A stretch of DNA of 32,000 bases from Pirellula staleyi DSM 6068 (GCA_000025185.1 CP001848.1:750001-782000), one strand, 5' to 3'. Shown: positions 1 through 10,223, counted from the first letter of the stretch. The notes: generated by a model from the letters alone, not told the origin. Numbers and translations: made by a program.

Positions 1-720
1 GGGCGGCTTACACAACTGCTCGAGCGCGTGAGCCAAGCGCTCGGCGTGATGACGCATCACATCCTCGAACAAGGAGGAGTGGTGGGGGACTTTCATGGCG
101 ATAGCGCGATGGGTTTTTGGGGCTGGCCCCTGTCGCAAAGTGATGCTCCTCTGCGAGCTGCCCGCGCGGCACTGATGATTCGCGACAGCTTCTCAGCCGC
201 TGCTGCCAACAGCTCGCCACTCGCCGATTTTCGCGTCGGCATTGGACTTGCCACCGGCACCGCTGTCGCCGGCAAGATCGGTTCGATCGATCAAGTGAAG
301 GTGACTGTGTTTGGTCCGGTGGTGAACCTCGCCTCGCGTCTCGAAGGGATGACTAAAACGGTGCGCGTGCCGATCTTGCTCGATCAGCCAACCGCCGACG
401 CCTTGCGCGCTGCCACACCCACCGACATGCGTTTACGACGACTCGCCAAAGTTCGCCCCGCAGGACTCGCCACCCCCCTGGAAATCACCGAACTGCTGCC
501 GAGCGAAGCGATCTATCCGCAGCTGAACAGCACGCATATCGGCGCCTTCGAATCGGCGGTCGATGCCTTTGCCGAGCGCGACTGGAATCGAGCACTCGCT
601 CATCTGCACGAAGTCCCCCCCGATGATCTGGCGAAAGACTTTCTCACCGTCTTCATCGCGCAGCATGGACGCGTTCCTCCTCCCGGCTGGGACGGCGTGA
701 TTCCGATCCTCGAGAAGTAA
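1..720 (+). CDS. Class III adenylate/guanylate cyclase catalytic-domain protein (5' end outside window)
   Basis: The frame is open from nt 1 (GRLTQLLERVSQALGVM...), so the ATG at 28 is internal. Cyclase motifs present: GDSAMGFWGWP, RVGIGLATGTAVAGKIGS, VTVFGPVVNLASRLEG. Stop codon at 718-720. Confidence 0.85.
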   Translation, partial: GRLTQLLERVSQALGVMTHHILEQGGVVGDFHGDSAMGFWGWPLSQSDAPLRAARAALMIRDSFSAAAANSSPLADFRVGIGLATGTAVAGKIGSIDQVKVTVFGPVVNLASRLEGMTKTVRVPILLDQPTADALRAATPTDMRLRRLAKVRPAGLATPLEITELLPSEAIYPQLNSTHIGAFESAVDAFAERDWNRALAHLHEVPPDDLAKDFLTVFIAQHGRVPPPGWDGVIPILEK

Positions 721-728
721 CGTCGCGA

Positions 729-2699
729 TCATTTCCAGCGATCGCCACTCGGCTCGGCCAGAGGATTTTCGAGCACGATCATTTCTTCGTCGACCGCGCG
801 CACACCGGGCGTACCGACCCGAAACACGAGGCCGCGTAAATCGGTTTTCGATTTCGTCTGCCCCACCACAAAACTACTCAAATACCCGAGCAAAAGTGAG
901 AAAATCGTGCCGAACGTGACGGTCCAAATATCATCGAGACGCGTCGCGAAGGGCCAGGTCCAGGCGAGCCACGGCCACTGATTCACCCCCATCAGCCACA
1001 AGGTGAAGAGCGTGCCGACGGTCATTACCAGCAGCATGCTGGTGCCCGTTGCGCGGCGCGTGAACATGCCGAGCAAAAAGACTGCCAGCAGCGGCGCGCC
1101 GAGCGTATTGACCACGGCAATCATGATGCTGAAGACTTCGTTCATTTGCGAAAGGACAATCGCGGCAAGCGTGGCGCCGACACCAATCACCAGCGTCAGT
1201 GGCTGCGCAAGAAGCAGTTCATCCGCTTCGTTTAGATCGGCTTCTTCTTTCTGCAAGCGTCGCGCGAGCCACGAACGACCGATCCCGTAACGCCTGTGAA
1301 AATCGAGCACCAGAAGCGAGCAGATGCTGTTGAGCCCCGAATCGATCGACGACATCGATGCCGCAAGTATCGCTGCCAAAATCAGCCCCGCCGCACCCAT
1401 CGCCAGTTGATCCGACACATACTGCGGCAACATCTCCTCCGGTGCCTGACGATGCACAATGATTTCGCCGGTTGAGGGCTTCCGCATCGCCAACTGCTCG
1501 ACCATCAACTCACCGGTGCTGCTATCCACCAGCTCGTCGGCTGACGCGAATGGTCGCTTATCGTTGGGCATCAAGATCCGCTGTTCGCTCACCAGTTCAT
1601 CGATGGTGTCGAGGGCGATGCTCTTTTCGCTTCGCCGAAACGGCAAGAGTGGGGTTCCACTCGTCGGGTCGAGCTCTTCTTCTCCCGTCACGCGATTGGT
1701 CCGTCGCGCGGTTCGTGTCTCCTCGCGCGTGATCGACTGCTGTGTGATTGTATCGAGATTTGCGACCCACTCGGGACGCATCGCGCGGGGATGCGTTTGG
1801 TAGAACGTCAGCAAGCAGAGACCGACGTAGGTGAGCAGGCACATCAGTAGCGAAACACCAAAACAATTGAGCAAGAAAGAGCGCTGTGAATGCTCGGTGG
1901 AACGTGACGAAAGAAAGCGCTGCGCAGTGATTTGATCGGCAATGTAGAACGACAGCATCGCGAGAAAATAGTGCAGCAGAAAACCCCACACGCACCAGCG
2001 ATTGGTCCAGCTGAACTGGAACTCGCCTAAGCTCAAACGCCCCATTTTGGCGGCGGTTTTCATCACTTCTTGCGTTCCACCATCGAGCGTCATCCAGACG
2101 CTGACAATGATCACCAGCGTGCCAATGAACATCACCACAGCCTGAATCACATCGGTCCAGATCACCGCCTTCATGCCACCGAGGAAGGTGTAGATCGTGG
2201 TCACAATTCCGAGAGTCACCAGCAGCGGCCAATCGGGAATGTTCCAGCCGGTGGCGATCAGCAGCAGCTTGCACGGCGCAAAGATCACACCCCCGAGCCA
2301 AAGCATGCGCCACGCAATGAAGAGCAGACTCGCCACCACGCGCACGCGCGAGTCAAATCGATACTCGAGATACTCATACACGCTGCTGAGCGAGAGCCCC
2401 CGATAGATCGGCAGCACCACTCCCGCGATGATCGGAAACGTGAGCCAAACCGCCAGTGGCATCAGCAAAATCGCGAGCCCCACTTGATAGGCTTGCCCCG
2501 GGAACCCGGTGTAGCTGAGTGCCGAAAGCAGTGTCGCCAAGAGCGAAACACCGAGCGGCATCCAGCTAAAGCTGCGACTTCCCAAAAAATACTCGTCGGT
2601 ACTCGTCTGCTTTCCTGCGAAGTAAAGTCCCAGCAAGACCATGAGCGCGAGGTAGCCGAGCAAGATTCCATAATCGACAGCCGACACCACAGCGAACAT
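729..2699 (-). CDS. Sodium:solute symporter (SSF) family transporter with a large hydrophilic insertion
   Basis: N-terminus is typical of the SSF family: DYGILLGYLALMVLLGLYFAGKQTSTDEYFLGSRSFSWMPLGVSLLATLLSALSYTGFPGQAY. Many hydrophobic helices follow. I chose the start at M32 of the tracked ORF (MFAVVSAVDYG), because the upstream 31 aa are R/W-rich and look non-coding. Confidence 0.9.
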   Translation of the reverse strand: MFAVVSAVDYGILLGYLALMVLLGLYFAGKQTSTDEYFLGSRSFSWMPLGVSLLATLLSALSYTGFPGQAYQVGLAILLMPLAVWLTFPIIAGVVLPIYRGLSLSSVYEYLEYRFDSRVRVVASLLFIAWRMLWLGGVIFAPCKLLLIATGWNIPDWPLLVTLGIVTTIYTFLGGMKAVIWTDVIQAVVMFIGTLVIIVSVWMTLDGGTQEVMKTAAKMGRLSLGEFQFSWTNRWCVWGFLLHYFLAMLSFYIADQITAQRFLSSRSTEHSQRSFLLNCFGVSLLMCLLTYVGLCLLTFYQTHPRAMRPEWVANLDTITQQSITREETRTARRTNRVTGEEELDPTSGTPLLPFRRSEKSIALDTIDELVSEQRILMPNDKRPFASADELVDSSTGELMVEQLAMRKPSTGEIIVHRQAPEEMLPQYVSDQLAMGAAGLILAAILAASMSSIDSGLNSICSLLVLDFHRRYGIGRSWLARRLQKEEADLNEADELLLAQPLTLVIGVGATLAAIVLSQMNEVFSIMIAVVNTLGAPLLAVFLLGMFTRRATGTSMLLVMTVGTLFTLWLMGVNQWPWLAWTWPFATRLDDIWTVTFGTIFSLLLGYLSSFVVGQTKSKTDLRGLVFRVGTPGVRAVDEEMIVLENPLAEPSGDRWK

Positions 2700-2963
2700 C
2701 AAAAGGCTCCCATCCCGCGCGAAGTCGATGACACTGCTTGGCACTCGACGACCAACTGGCCATCGTCCCGTTGCCCACCATCGCCTCACCAACTCCTCGC
2801 GTCGAGATTGTCATCCCCCTGTGTCGCCGTCGCAAGGGTTGTCGTAATTCCTCGCGCGCAGAAAAAACCAGCGAGAAGCTAAGCTGCTCCTCGCTGGTTC
2901 GTGTCGTTGGATTAAATCGCGCTCGATGATTTCGGTGGTCCGCACAGAAATCCAGCGTATTTT

Positions 2964-2978
2964 GAGCGTTTGACGCTC
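2964..2978 (-). terminator. Short perfect hairpin just downstream of the DUF1559 gene stop (possible terminator, no U-tract)
   Basis: GAGCGT-ttg-ACGCTC, a 6-bp stem, lies 6 nt beyond the stop codon at 2985-2987. No T-run follows on the minus strand, so the assignment is weak. Confidence 0.3.
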
Positions 2979-2984
2979 ATTAAC

Positions 2985-3968
2985 TTACGGAAGCTGAGCC
3001 ACTTCACCCTGTGCACGGGTCACCAGTTTCGCAAACTCGCGAATGTTGATGCTCGACGAAAGGAAGCGTACCGAGCCATCGGCCAGCGCCACGTTGATGC
3101 CGCTTGGATGAAAGCTGTAGGCCTCGGCCGTCCCTTCGCTACCGTAGTACGAATGGGGAAACGATGCCGAGCCGACATCCTCGCCGTTGGTGCAGTTGAT
3201 CGGGCATGGTCCAGGGAGCGTAGCCCCATCGAGGCTCGAACCATCGAGACTGAAGTCGCTCGCAGGACGTGCCCAACCACCCGCATTCACACGACGATTG
3301 GGCAGGTTTCCAATCAACTTGCCGCGCCGATAAAGATTCGGACGACCAGCCGATTCGGCATACAGCAGTGTGTTGCTCGTACCATCGGTAATGTCGGCCA
3401 ATCGAGGCTGACCATTCTTGGTGAGCACGCCGTCACCAGCAAAATCCACCAGCCCTGCCGTCACCAAGCGCTGATCGACACCAATCGTTGGGCTGTAGTC
3501 GGTCACCGCCACAAGGTTCGCCGCCCAGGGACTCGCTTCAGGCAGACCGTCGAGTCGTTTGGGATCAGGGGTCGACGTGCAGAGGAAACCTGGAATCTGC
3601 TTCGACGTCACCGCCAGATTCACTGGATCGCTCCAGTTCTTCGTCTGATCGTAGGCGTTGTAGGCATTCCCTTGCTCGATAAAGGGGAGCAGGAAGGTCA
3701 ATCCGGCGATACGGGGCGAGGTCGTCAAACCACCGGGCCGAACACTCGAGGGGAGTGCATTCGTCGTATCGTGAAAGTTGTGTGCGGCGAGTCCCAATTG
3801 CTTCAGGTTGTTGCTGCACGACATCCGACGAGCTGCTTCGCGAGCCGCTTGGACGGCCGGCAATAGCAGCGCGACCAGCACGCCGATAATCGCGATCACC
3901 ACGAGGAGCTCGACGAGGGTAAAGCCACGATACTTATGACTACTTTTTGAATACTTACTGACGATCAT
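2985..3968 (-). CDS. DUF1559 / H-X9-DG protein with prepilin-type N-terminal cleavage/methylation domain
   Basis: N-terminus KYRGFTLVELLVVIAIIGVLVALLLPAVQAAREAARRMSCSNNLKQLGLAAHNFHD. C-terminal H-X9-DG motif (FHPSGINVALADGSVRFL). The ATG at 3968 is preceded by GGAGAG about 8 nt upstream. Confidence 0.9.
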   Translation of the reverse strand: MIVSKYSKSSHKYRGFTLVELLVVIAIIGVLVALLLPAVQAAREAARRMSCSNNLKQLGLAAHNFHDTTNALPSSVRPGGLTTSPRIAGLTFLLPFIEQGNAYNAYDQTKNWSDPVNLAVTSKQIPGFLCTSTPDPKRLDGLPEASPWAANLVAVTDYSPTIGVDQRLVTAGLVDFAGDGVLTKNGQPRLADITDGTSNTLLYAESAGRPNLYRRGKLIGNLPNRRVNAGGWARPASDFSLDGSSLDGATLPGPCPINCTNGEDVGSASFPHSYYGSEGTAEAYSFHPSGINVALADGSVRFLSSSINIREFAKLVTRAQGEVAQLP

Positions 3969-4154
3969 GGGGATAACTCTCCACATCTTCCTGATGTTTA
4001 GTTGACTTTTTACTAAATAGTTCGTAATAACTTTCCGCCTCTGGGGAGCAGAGGAGAAAGCCTTTTTTGCAATTAAACTGTTGCTGCAGCCCGTAGCTGC
4101 AAAACGCATTTTTTCCCGCAGAAAAACAGATTTCTGCCAAGTGATTGGGAGCGA

Positions 4155-4631
4155 TTAACGACGCAAGTTGAGCGGAGGCAGATCGGCTGTCCCTTCCGCG
4201 ACTTGAATCACCAAATCGGAGGTTGTCGGCTGGCTATATTTCGGTGGTAAAACGTTTTGGGTCCGGACATAATCGCCCCCCACTTGGTGAACCGGTGTCC
4301 ACTCCACCGTCAGCACATACTCGCCCGCTGGGGCACCGTCGCCAGCGTCGTAGGTCGTCAGTTCAAACGAGCCATCTTGCTGAATCTGAGCCGTTGCACG
4401 AACGTCGCTCGGCTGCGACAGATTTTTCGGGTGAGCGACCACAAAACCGCCACGGATCGGCTGTCCCTCGAAGGCAATCTTTCCTCTTACGGGATAGACC
4501 TTCAGCCGCGAATCGCCACTGCTACATCCCGTCACGATCAGCACTGCAAACATGCAAGTCGCCGCGCACATCGCGCGAGTTGTCGTGGAAGGGAAGTTCA
4601 AGTGGCTCAGAAAAGTGGCAAACTTCGTCAT
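4155..4631 (-). CDS. Lipoprotein with carboxypeptidase-regulatory-like (beta-sandwich) domain, typical partner of DUF1559 genes
   Basis: Lipobox LIVTG-C after a hydrophobic signal. Motif YPVRGKIAFEGQPIRGGFVV. The ATG at 4631 is preceded by AAGGA. Paralogous to the 5219..5764 product. Confidence 0.7.
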   Translation of the reverse strand: MTKFATFLSHLNFPSTTTRAMCAATCMFAVLIVTGCSSGDSRLKVYPVRGKIAFEGQPIRGGFVVAHPKNLSQPSDVRATAQIQQDGSFELTTYDAGDGAPAGEYVLTVEWTPVHQVGGDYVRTQNVLPPKYSQPTTSDLVIQVAEGTADLPPLNLRR

Positions 4632-4701
4632 CGGTCTAGTCCTTCGGCTGATACCAGCGATGCTGGGGATAGGTGAGGGGTTGTGTGTGGTGGGGAGAAC
4701 G

Positions 4702-5007
4702 TCAATCGCTCGACGCTTCGTCAATCACAACACTCGATACGCGACTGCGAAGTTTTCCCGAAAACGGTGGATCAACCTCCAAGAGATCGATCACTTGCGT
4801 GACACCGGGAACGCGTCGCGAGTAGGAATAAAGAAGTTGCCGCTGATGAAAGCTCGGAACTTGTCCCCGCAGAGTAATCACTCCGCGGTGCGCTTCGATC
4901 TCGAGGCGGCAAGCAAAGGTGAGCTGTTTTTGGTGGAGGGTTTGTGCAACACGCTGTTGCAGGAACTGATCGGCGGGGGAAGCTAGTTGTGTAGGAAGCG
5001 AGATCAT
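4702..5007 (-). CDS. BON domain-containing protein
   Basis: BON-like pattern: IEAHRGVITLRGQVPSFHQRQLLYSYSRRVPGVTQVIDLLEV. Start chosen at MISLPTQ (5007). The longer tracked ORF adds 29 aa with no support. Confidence 0.65.
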   Translation of the reverse strand: MISLPTQLASPADQFLQQRVAQTLHQKQLTFACRLEIEAHRGVITLRGQVPSFHQRQLLYSYSRRVPGVTQVIDLLEVDPPFSGKLRSRVSSVVIDEASSD

Positions 5008-5218
5008 CGGTCTAGGGTCCTGATAACAAATGTCTTGGAGCGGGCGAAGTGAACGTCGATGGGACAGGAAGATGACAACAACAGGTGCACCCACGCAGGT
5101 CGCGACAACACATCGCGCTACAACCTGTGCCGCGAGTCATCGCGCCGAAGTTGCTGGGTTGGGTTCTGTTCATGGCATCGCTCCTGGTCGCTACATCGAT
5201 TCCTGGGGAAGGATCGTT

Positions 5219-5764
5219 CTACTGGTCGCTCATAAGCCACTGGCCCGATGAACGCTCGATCGACAGCGAAGGTTGACTCGCAAATTCGAGTCGTCCCAAG
5301 TCGATCGCTCCGCTCGTCACCTGCACCCGCAAAGGTGTTTGACGAACATCACTGAACTGCTTAGAAGCAAGATCTGCGCCAAAGACATAGTCCTCGCCAC
5401 GAATCTCCGGTTTTTGAATCGAAATCGTGACAAAATAGTCGCCGGGCTCGATTCCAGGCCATATTCCTCGGGAAATAACGCGAAAACGCCCCGTCGCATC
5501 GGTCGTTCCGCGAGCCACCGGAGCAAGCGACTGACGCTCATGGAAGGTCGCGACCGCACCTGTCACGGGACGCCCATCAAATACGATGGAGCCCGTTACG
5601 GGATAGCGAGCCGTCATCCCTTTGCTAGCTCCCAAGAGGATGAGCGCGGTGAAGAGCACGATCACCACGAGCGCAGCAAGGCTGTGAAGATTCCACCGGC
5701 GCGTGGGACGCGGAGCTGCCATCGACATAGGGCTGCTGGTGCGAAAGAGAGGCTGCCACGCCAT
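5219..5764 (-). CDS. Membrane-anchored carboxypeptidase-regulatory-like domain protein (paralog of the 4155..4631 lipoprotein)
   Basis: One N-terminal TM segment (LAALVVIVLFTALILLGA), then YPVTGSIVFDGRPVTGAVATF and GRFRV...GDYFVTI. The start is ambiguous (5764, 5728 or 5722) and none has a clear SD. Confidence 0.6.
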   Translation of the reverse strand: MAWQPLFRTSSPMSMAAPRPTRRWNLHSLAALVVIVLFTALILLGASKGMTARYPVTGSIVFDGRPVTGAVATFHERQSLAPVARGTTDATGRFRVISRGIWPGIEPGDYFVTISIQKPEIRGEDYVFGADLASKQFSDVRQTPLRVQVTSGAIDLGRLEFASQPSLSIERSSGQWLMSDQ

Positions 5765-5913
5765 CCGCGAGAGGACTCGTCGGCGCGAATCGAGATCGAC
5801 GATCCGCGATGAAAACGTGGCAAGAGTTTTGGAGACAGGCCTCTCCCCAGCAAGGAGTCGGCACGCGAAGAGTTGGCGAGCGCATCGCTCGTCAAGTGAT
5901 ATGCGTTAAGAGC

Positions 5914-6159
5914 TTACTTGACCGACTCTTTGTGACGGAGTCGTCGTTTTTCCGTTCGATCGAGTTGTACGACAACCCCATCCTGCACGATCACCGATAG
6001 CACTCCGAACTTGAGTCCGCGCAGCGCATCGGCAATCTGACGGAGTACTGCTTCCTGTGATCGATCACCACGAGGATCGTCGCTGGTGTTTTCAATAACA
6101 GAGGCCACGGACGCGCTCCTTTGCACGCCCTGTGAGGCGTGCTGTATGAGTTCAGACAT
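5914..6159 (-). CDS. YezD / DUF2292 family small protein (last gene of the sulfate-uptake operon)
   Basis: C-terminal core LRGLKFGVLSVIVQDGVVVQLDRTEKRRL matches my recollection of the DUF2292 pattern (G-x-V-x-I-x-V-Q-D-G-x-V-V-Q-x-x-x-T-E-K). It lies 21 nt downstream of cysA on the same strand. Confidence 0.75.
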   Translation of the reverse strand: MSELIQHASQGVQRSASVASVIENTSDDPRGDRSQEAVLRQIADALRGLKFGVLSVIVQDGVVVQLDRTEKRRLRHKESVK

Positions 6160-6180
6160 TCAACTATTCAATTTGCTTTT

Positions 6181-7269
6181 TTAAATCTGATAGTCGGGGA
6201 CAAAGACCCGCACCTTTTTGGGAGAGACAAACACCGTCTCCCCCGGCAGCAAGTTCAGCTCTTGAAACTTTTGAGGTGTCAGGTCGACGAGAATGTCGTG
6301 ACCATCACCACTGCGAAGTCCCACGCGAGCCACCGCGCCTGCAGCGTTCACACGCGATACTTGTGCCGAAAGCGATGCTTTTCCATTGGAAATTCGAGCA
6401 ATTTCGAGTTCGTGCGGTCGGACGTACAAATTGGCCATGCGCGGCTGAACGTGTGGATACTGCGGGACATCGATCGTCAGTTCCCCCAGCTTGGTTTGCC
6501 CCGACGACAAGCGCGCTTGAAACACATTCACGTTGCCGAGAAACTCCATCACAAACTCGCTCGCAGGATGCTGAAACACTTCCGTAGGAGTTCCGACCTG
6601 CTCGATGCGGGCTTGATTCATCACGACCACCTGGTCGGCCACTTCGAGTGCTTCCTCTTGATCGTGAGTCACTAGCACACTCGTTAAGTGAATCTCGCTA
6701 TGAAGTTGCCGCAGCCATTCGCGAAGCCCTTTGCGAACCTTGGCATCGAGCGCGCCGAACGGTTCATCGAGCAGCAGCACCTTGGGCTCAATTGCCAGCG
6801 CTCTCGCAAGGGCCACACGCTGCCGCTGTCCACCTGAAAGCTGCGAGGGGAGTCGCGAGCCAAATCCCTCGAGCTGAATCAGCTTCAGGAGCCGGGTCAC
6901 GCGGTGATGAATTTCGGTGCTTGTGTGGCGCTCAGCGCGCGGCTTCACGCGGAGCCCAAACGCGATGTTCTCGTAGACACTCATGTGCCGAAACAAGGCG
7001 TAATGCTGAAACACAAACCCGACCCGCCGCTCCCCGACTGAGCGCGACTGGACATCTTCTTCGGAGAATAAAATCTTGGGCGTTTGGCCACTCGCGGTAC
7101 GTTCGTCGGGGGTTTCGAGGCCGGCGATGATTCGCAGCAGCGTCGTCTTCCCCGAGCCCGATGGACCGAGCAAAGCGGTTAGTTTTCCGCTAGGAATCGC
7201 GAGATCGACGTCGCGCAGTGCTGAATAAGTCCCAAAGGTTTTCGAAATATTTCTTAAGTAAATGCTCAC
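6181..7269 (-). CDS. cysA: Sulfate/thiosulfate ABC transporter ATP-binding protein CysA
   Basis: Walker [10 protein letters not shown], signature [15 protein letters not shown], Walker [13 protein letters not shown]-loop VTHDQ. A C-terminal TOBE-like regulatory domain is present. The gene sits in sbp-cysT-cysW context. Confidence 0.92.
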   Translation of the reverse strand: MSIYLRNISKTFGTYSALRDVDLAIPSGKLTALLGPSGSGKTTLLRIIAGLETPDERTASGQTPKILFSEEDVQSRSVGERRVGFVFQHYALFRHMSVYENIAFGLRVKPRAERHTSTEIHHRVTRLLKLIQLEGFGSRLPSQLSGGQRQRVALARALAIEPKVLLLDEPFGALDAKVRKGLREWLRQLHSEIHLTSVLVTHDQEEALEVADQVVVMNQARIEQVGTPTEVFQHPASEFVMEFLGNVNVFQARLSSGQTKLGELTIDVPQYPHVQPRMANLYVRPHELEIARISNGKASLSAQVSRVNAAGAVARVGLRSGDGHDILVDLTPQKFQELNLLPGETVFVSPKKVRVFVPDYQI

Positions 7270-7273
7270 GACT

Positions 7274-8158
7274 TTAAGCTCCCTCTGCCGCTGACGGCTT
7301 GAGTATTTCGGACCGTTCTCGCGCTAACCGCCACTCGACCACCGACTTGATCACCAGGGTCACTAGTGCCAAGAGTGTGAGGAGCGAAGCAGCTGCAAAA
7401 GCGGCGACGACATTGAATTCGTTGTAAAGGACTTCGATATGCAGAGGGAGCGTGTTGGTTTTGCCACGGATATGTCCACTGACGACCGACACCGCTCCAA
7501 ACTCTCCCATCGCGCGAGCACTCGCCAGGATCACTCCATAGACGAGCGCCCAGCGAATGTTCGGGAGGGTGACATACCAAAACGTTTGCCAGCCACTGGC
7601 TCCCAGCACGAGTGCCGCTTGTTCTTCGTCTGTCCCCTGCTCTTGCATGAGCGGAATCAGTTCCCGCGCGACAAACGGGAAGGTGACAAACACTGTTGCA
7701 AGTACGATGCCAGGCACGGCAAAAATGACTTTGATCCCCCACGCGTCGAGCGTTTCTCCGAACCAACCTTGCATGCCGAAGACGAGCACATAGATCAGTC
7801 CCGACACAACTGGCGAAACAGCAAACGGCAAATCGATCAGCGTGACGAGGATGCTCTTGCCGGGAAAATCAAACTTGGCAATGGCCCACGCAGCAGCCAG
7901 GCCAAAGACCAGATTCAGCGGCACCGCAATGCCGGTCGCAACAAGCGTGAGCTTGATGGCGGACCAAGCAGCTGGATCTTGAAACGACTTGAAATAGGCG
8001 GAAATCCCGCGGGAAAACGCTTCCCAGAAGACCACTCCCAGAGGCATCAACAGCATCAGCGTGAGGAAGCTGAGGGTGATCGCAATCAAGATGGCGCGGA
8101 CCCACAGAGGTTCGTTCAAGCGATCGGGAATCTTTTTTCCGAGGGCGAGTGAACTCAT
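7274..8158 (-). CDS. cysW: Sulfate ABC transporter permease CysW
   Basis: Multi-TM ABC permease with an EAA-like loop ([28 protein letters not shown]). There is a 4-nt gap to cysA. Start taken at 8158 (MSSLALG); the alternative at 8197 would overlap cysT. Confidence 0.9.
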   Translation of the reverse strand: MSSLALGKKIPDRLNEPLWVRAILIAITLSFLTLMLLMPLGVVFWEAFSRGISAYFKSFQDPAAWSAIKLTLVATGIAVPLNLVFGLAAAWAIAKFDFPGKSILVTLIDLPFAVSPVVSGLIYVLVFGMQGWFGETLDAWGIKVIFAVPGIVLATVFVTFPFVARELIPLMQEQGTDEEQAALVLGASGWQTFWYVTLPNIRWALVYGVILASARAMGEFGAVSVVSGHIRGKTNTLPLHIEVLYNEFNVVAAFAAASLLTLLALVTLVIKSVVEWRLARERSEILKPSAAEGA

Positions 8159-8163
8159 GGCGA

Positions 8164-9000
8164 CTAAGCTCCTCGCAGCACGCGGCCAGCGTGCCATTGA
8201 ACCAGGTTGATGATCAGCAGCAGGACGAACGACATCAGCAGCATCGTGGTAGCGATCGCCGAAGCGCCGACAAAGTCGTACTGCTCTAGTTTGGTGATGA
8301 TCAGCAGCGATGTGATTTCAGTCTTCATCGGCATGTTGCCGGAGATGAAGACCACACTTCCATACTCACCCAAAGCGCGTGCAAACGAGAGAGCAAAACC
8401 GGTGATCATCGACGGGAGAATCGCCGGGAGGATTACGCGCACAAAGGTTTGCCAGCGATTGGCGCCGAGACTCGCTGCCGCTTCTTCGAGGTCGATCTCG
8501 AGTTCCTCGAGCGCGGGCTGAAGCGTACGAACAACAAACGGAATGCCGATGAACGTGAGCGCCACGATGATGCCGAGCTGTGTGAAAGCAACTTGCACGC
8601 CAAGAGGCTCGAGAAGACTGCCAATCCAGCCATTTTTGGCATAAATCGCGGTAAGTGCGATCCCCGAAACAGCGGTGGGAAGCGCAAACGGAAGATCGAC
8701 GATGGCATCGACGAACTTGCGTCCCCAGAACTGATAACGGGTGAGGGTCCAGGCCACGATGAACCCGAACACAAGGTTGATTGTGGCAGCGACGAGCGAG
8801 CAGAGGATCGTCACTTTGTACGATGCCACAACGCGCGGCTCACTGATTTTTTGCCATACCTCGGTCCACGACGACGTGAAGCTGCGGAGCATCAGTGCGG
8901 CGAGTGGAATCAGCACGATGAGCGAGAGATAAACGAGCGTGTAGGCCATCGTCAATCGAAAGCCGGGAATCACACTGCGTTTGGGAAAGGTCAGCCACAT
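8164..9000 (-). CDS. cysT: Sulfate ABC transporter permease CysT (CysU)
   Basis: CysT-like sequence: DLPFALPTAVSGIALTAIYAKNGWIG, and EAA loop LEEAAASLGANRWQTFVRVILPAI. Operon position lies between sbp and cysW. Confidence 0.9.
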   Translation of the reverse strand: MWLTFPKRSVIPGFRLTMAYTLVYLSLIVLIPLAALMLRSFTSSWTEVWQKISEPRVVASYKVTILCSLVAATINLVFGFIVAWTLTRYQFWGRKFVDAIVDLPFALPTAVSGIALTAIYAKNGWIGSLLEPLGVQVAFTQLGIIVALTFIGIPFVVRTLQPALEELEIDLEEAAASLGANRWQTFVRVILPAILPSMITGFALSFARALGEYGSVVFISGNMPMKTEITSLLIITKLEQYDFVGASAIATTMLLMSFVLLLIINLVQWHAGRVLRGA

Positions 9001-9089
9001 GATTCAATCCTGCTCCTTCGGAAGAGACATCGCTTGTCGATGTCTCGCTCGACATCCCTGTTGCAATCGGCGCGCCAAACTCAACGTGA

Positions 9090-10223
9090 TTACTGCGGCT
9101 GATAGAGTTGATCGAACACGCCACCGTCGTCGAAGTGTTCTTTCTGGGCTTTTTCCCAGGTTTCAAACGCCTCTTTGATGCTGAAGAGTTCGACATCGGC
9201 AAACTGCTTGCGCTCTGCTTCTGAAATCAGTTCCTTGAGCGCGGGGCGATAGAAATGTTTCGCAGCGAGCTGCTGGCCATTCGGCGAATAGAGATGCTGG
9301 AGGTAGGCAGCAGCGATCTCTTGTGTGCCATGCTTTTCGGCATATTTGCTGACCACTGTTACCGGCGGCTGCGCGAGGATGCTGACCGAGGGGACCACAA
9401 TCTCGAACTGGTCGGGTCCCAGTTCCTTCACCGCGAGGAATGCTTCGTTCTCCCATGCCAGCAGGACATCGCCGAGTCCGCGCTGCACGAACGTATTGGT
9501 GGCACCTCGCGCGCCACTGTCGAGCACCGGAACACGCTTGAAAATCTTTGCCACAAACAAACGTGCCTTGGCATGAGCTGCTTTCACTTCCTCCGCTGCC
9601 TTGGGATCGCTCAGTTTTTTGAGGTCGCCAAGCTCTTGCTTCAGCACATAGCCCCATGCGGCGAGGTAGTTCCAGCGAGCACCACCACTCGTCTTGGGAT
9701 TGGGTGTGATGATTTGCAGGTCACCCTTCACCAGGTCGGACCAATCCTTGATTTGCTTCGGGTTCCCTTTGCGAACCAGAAACACAATCGTCGAGGTGTA
9801 GGGGGCAGAGTCGTGCGGCAAGTTGGATTGCCAATCGGCCTCGATGAGTTGGCCTTGCTTAGCAAGGGCATCGATGTCGTAGGCAAGAGCGAGTGTGACG
9901 ACGTCGGCCTCGAGTCCTTCGATGACCGCGCGGGCTTGTTTGCCCGACCCCCCGTGCGACTGATCGATCGTCACCGCTTGGCCATGCTTCTCGAGCCAGT
10001 AGGCGGAGAACGAGGCGTTGAAGTCGTCGTAGAACTCGCGCGTGGGGTCGTAGGAGACGTTCAGCAGCGTGACAGCCGGCTTTTGATCACCAGCAGCTTG
10101 TCCGCTCGTTTCTCCGGTGCTCGATCCGCATCCAGCCAGGGTGAGCGACCAGAGAGCAGCGCAAGAAGCGGCGCTGTAGGCAACGTGCCGAAGGGCGTCG
10201 CGACGGGAGAGTGGAGTCGACAT
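9090..10223 (-). CDS. sbp: Sulfate/thiosulfate ABC transporter substrate-binding lipoprotein
   Basis: Sbp/CysP-like body: [57 protein letters not shown]. Signal with SRRDAL and lipobox LAG-C. Start at 10223 (MSTPLSRRD). The tracked ORF start at 10292 would overlap the promoter. Confidence 0.9.
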   Translation of the reverse strand: MSTPLSRRDALRHVAYSAASCAALWSLTLAGCGSSTGETSGQAAGDQKPAVTLLNVSYDPTREFYDDFNASFSAYWLEKHGQAVTIDQSHGGSGKQARAVIEGLEADVVTLALAYDIDALAKQGQLIEADWQSNLPHDSAPYTSTIVFLVRKGNPKQIKDWSDLVKGDLQIITPNPKTSGGARWNYLAAWGYVLKQELGDLKKLSDPKAAEEVKAAHAKARLFVAKIFKRVPVLDSGARGATNTFVQRGLGDVLLAWENEAFLAVKELGPDQFEIVVPSVSILAQPPVTVVSKYAEKHGTQEIAAAYLQHLYSPNGQQLAAKHFYRPALKELISEAERKQFADVELFSIKEAFETWEKAQKEHFDDGGVFDQLYQPQ

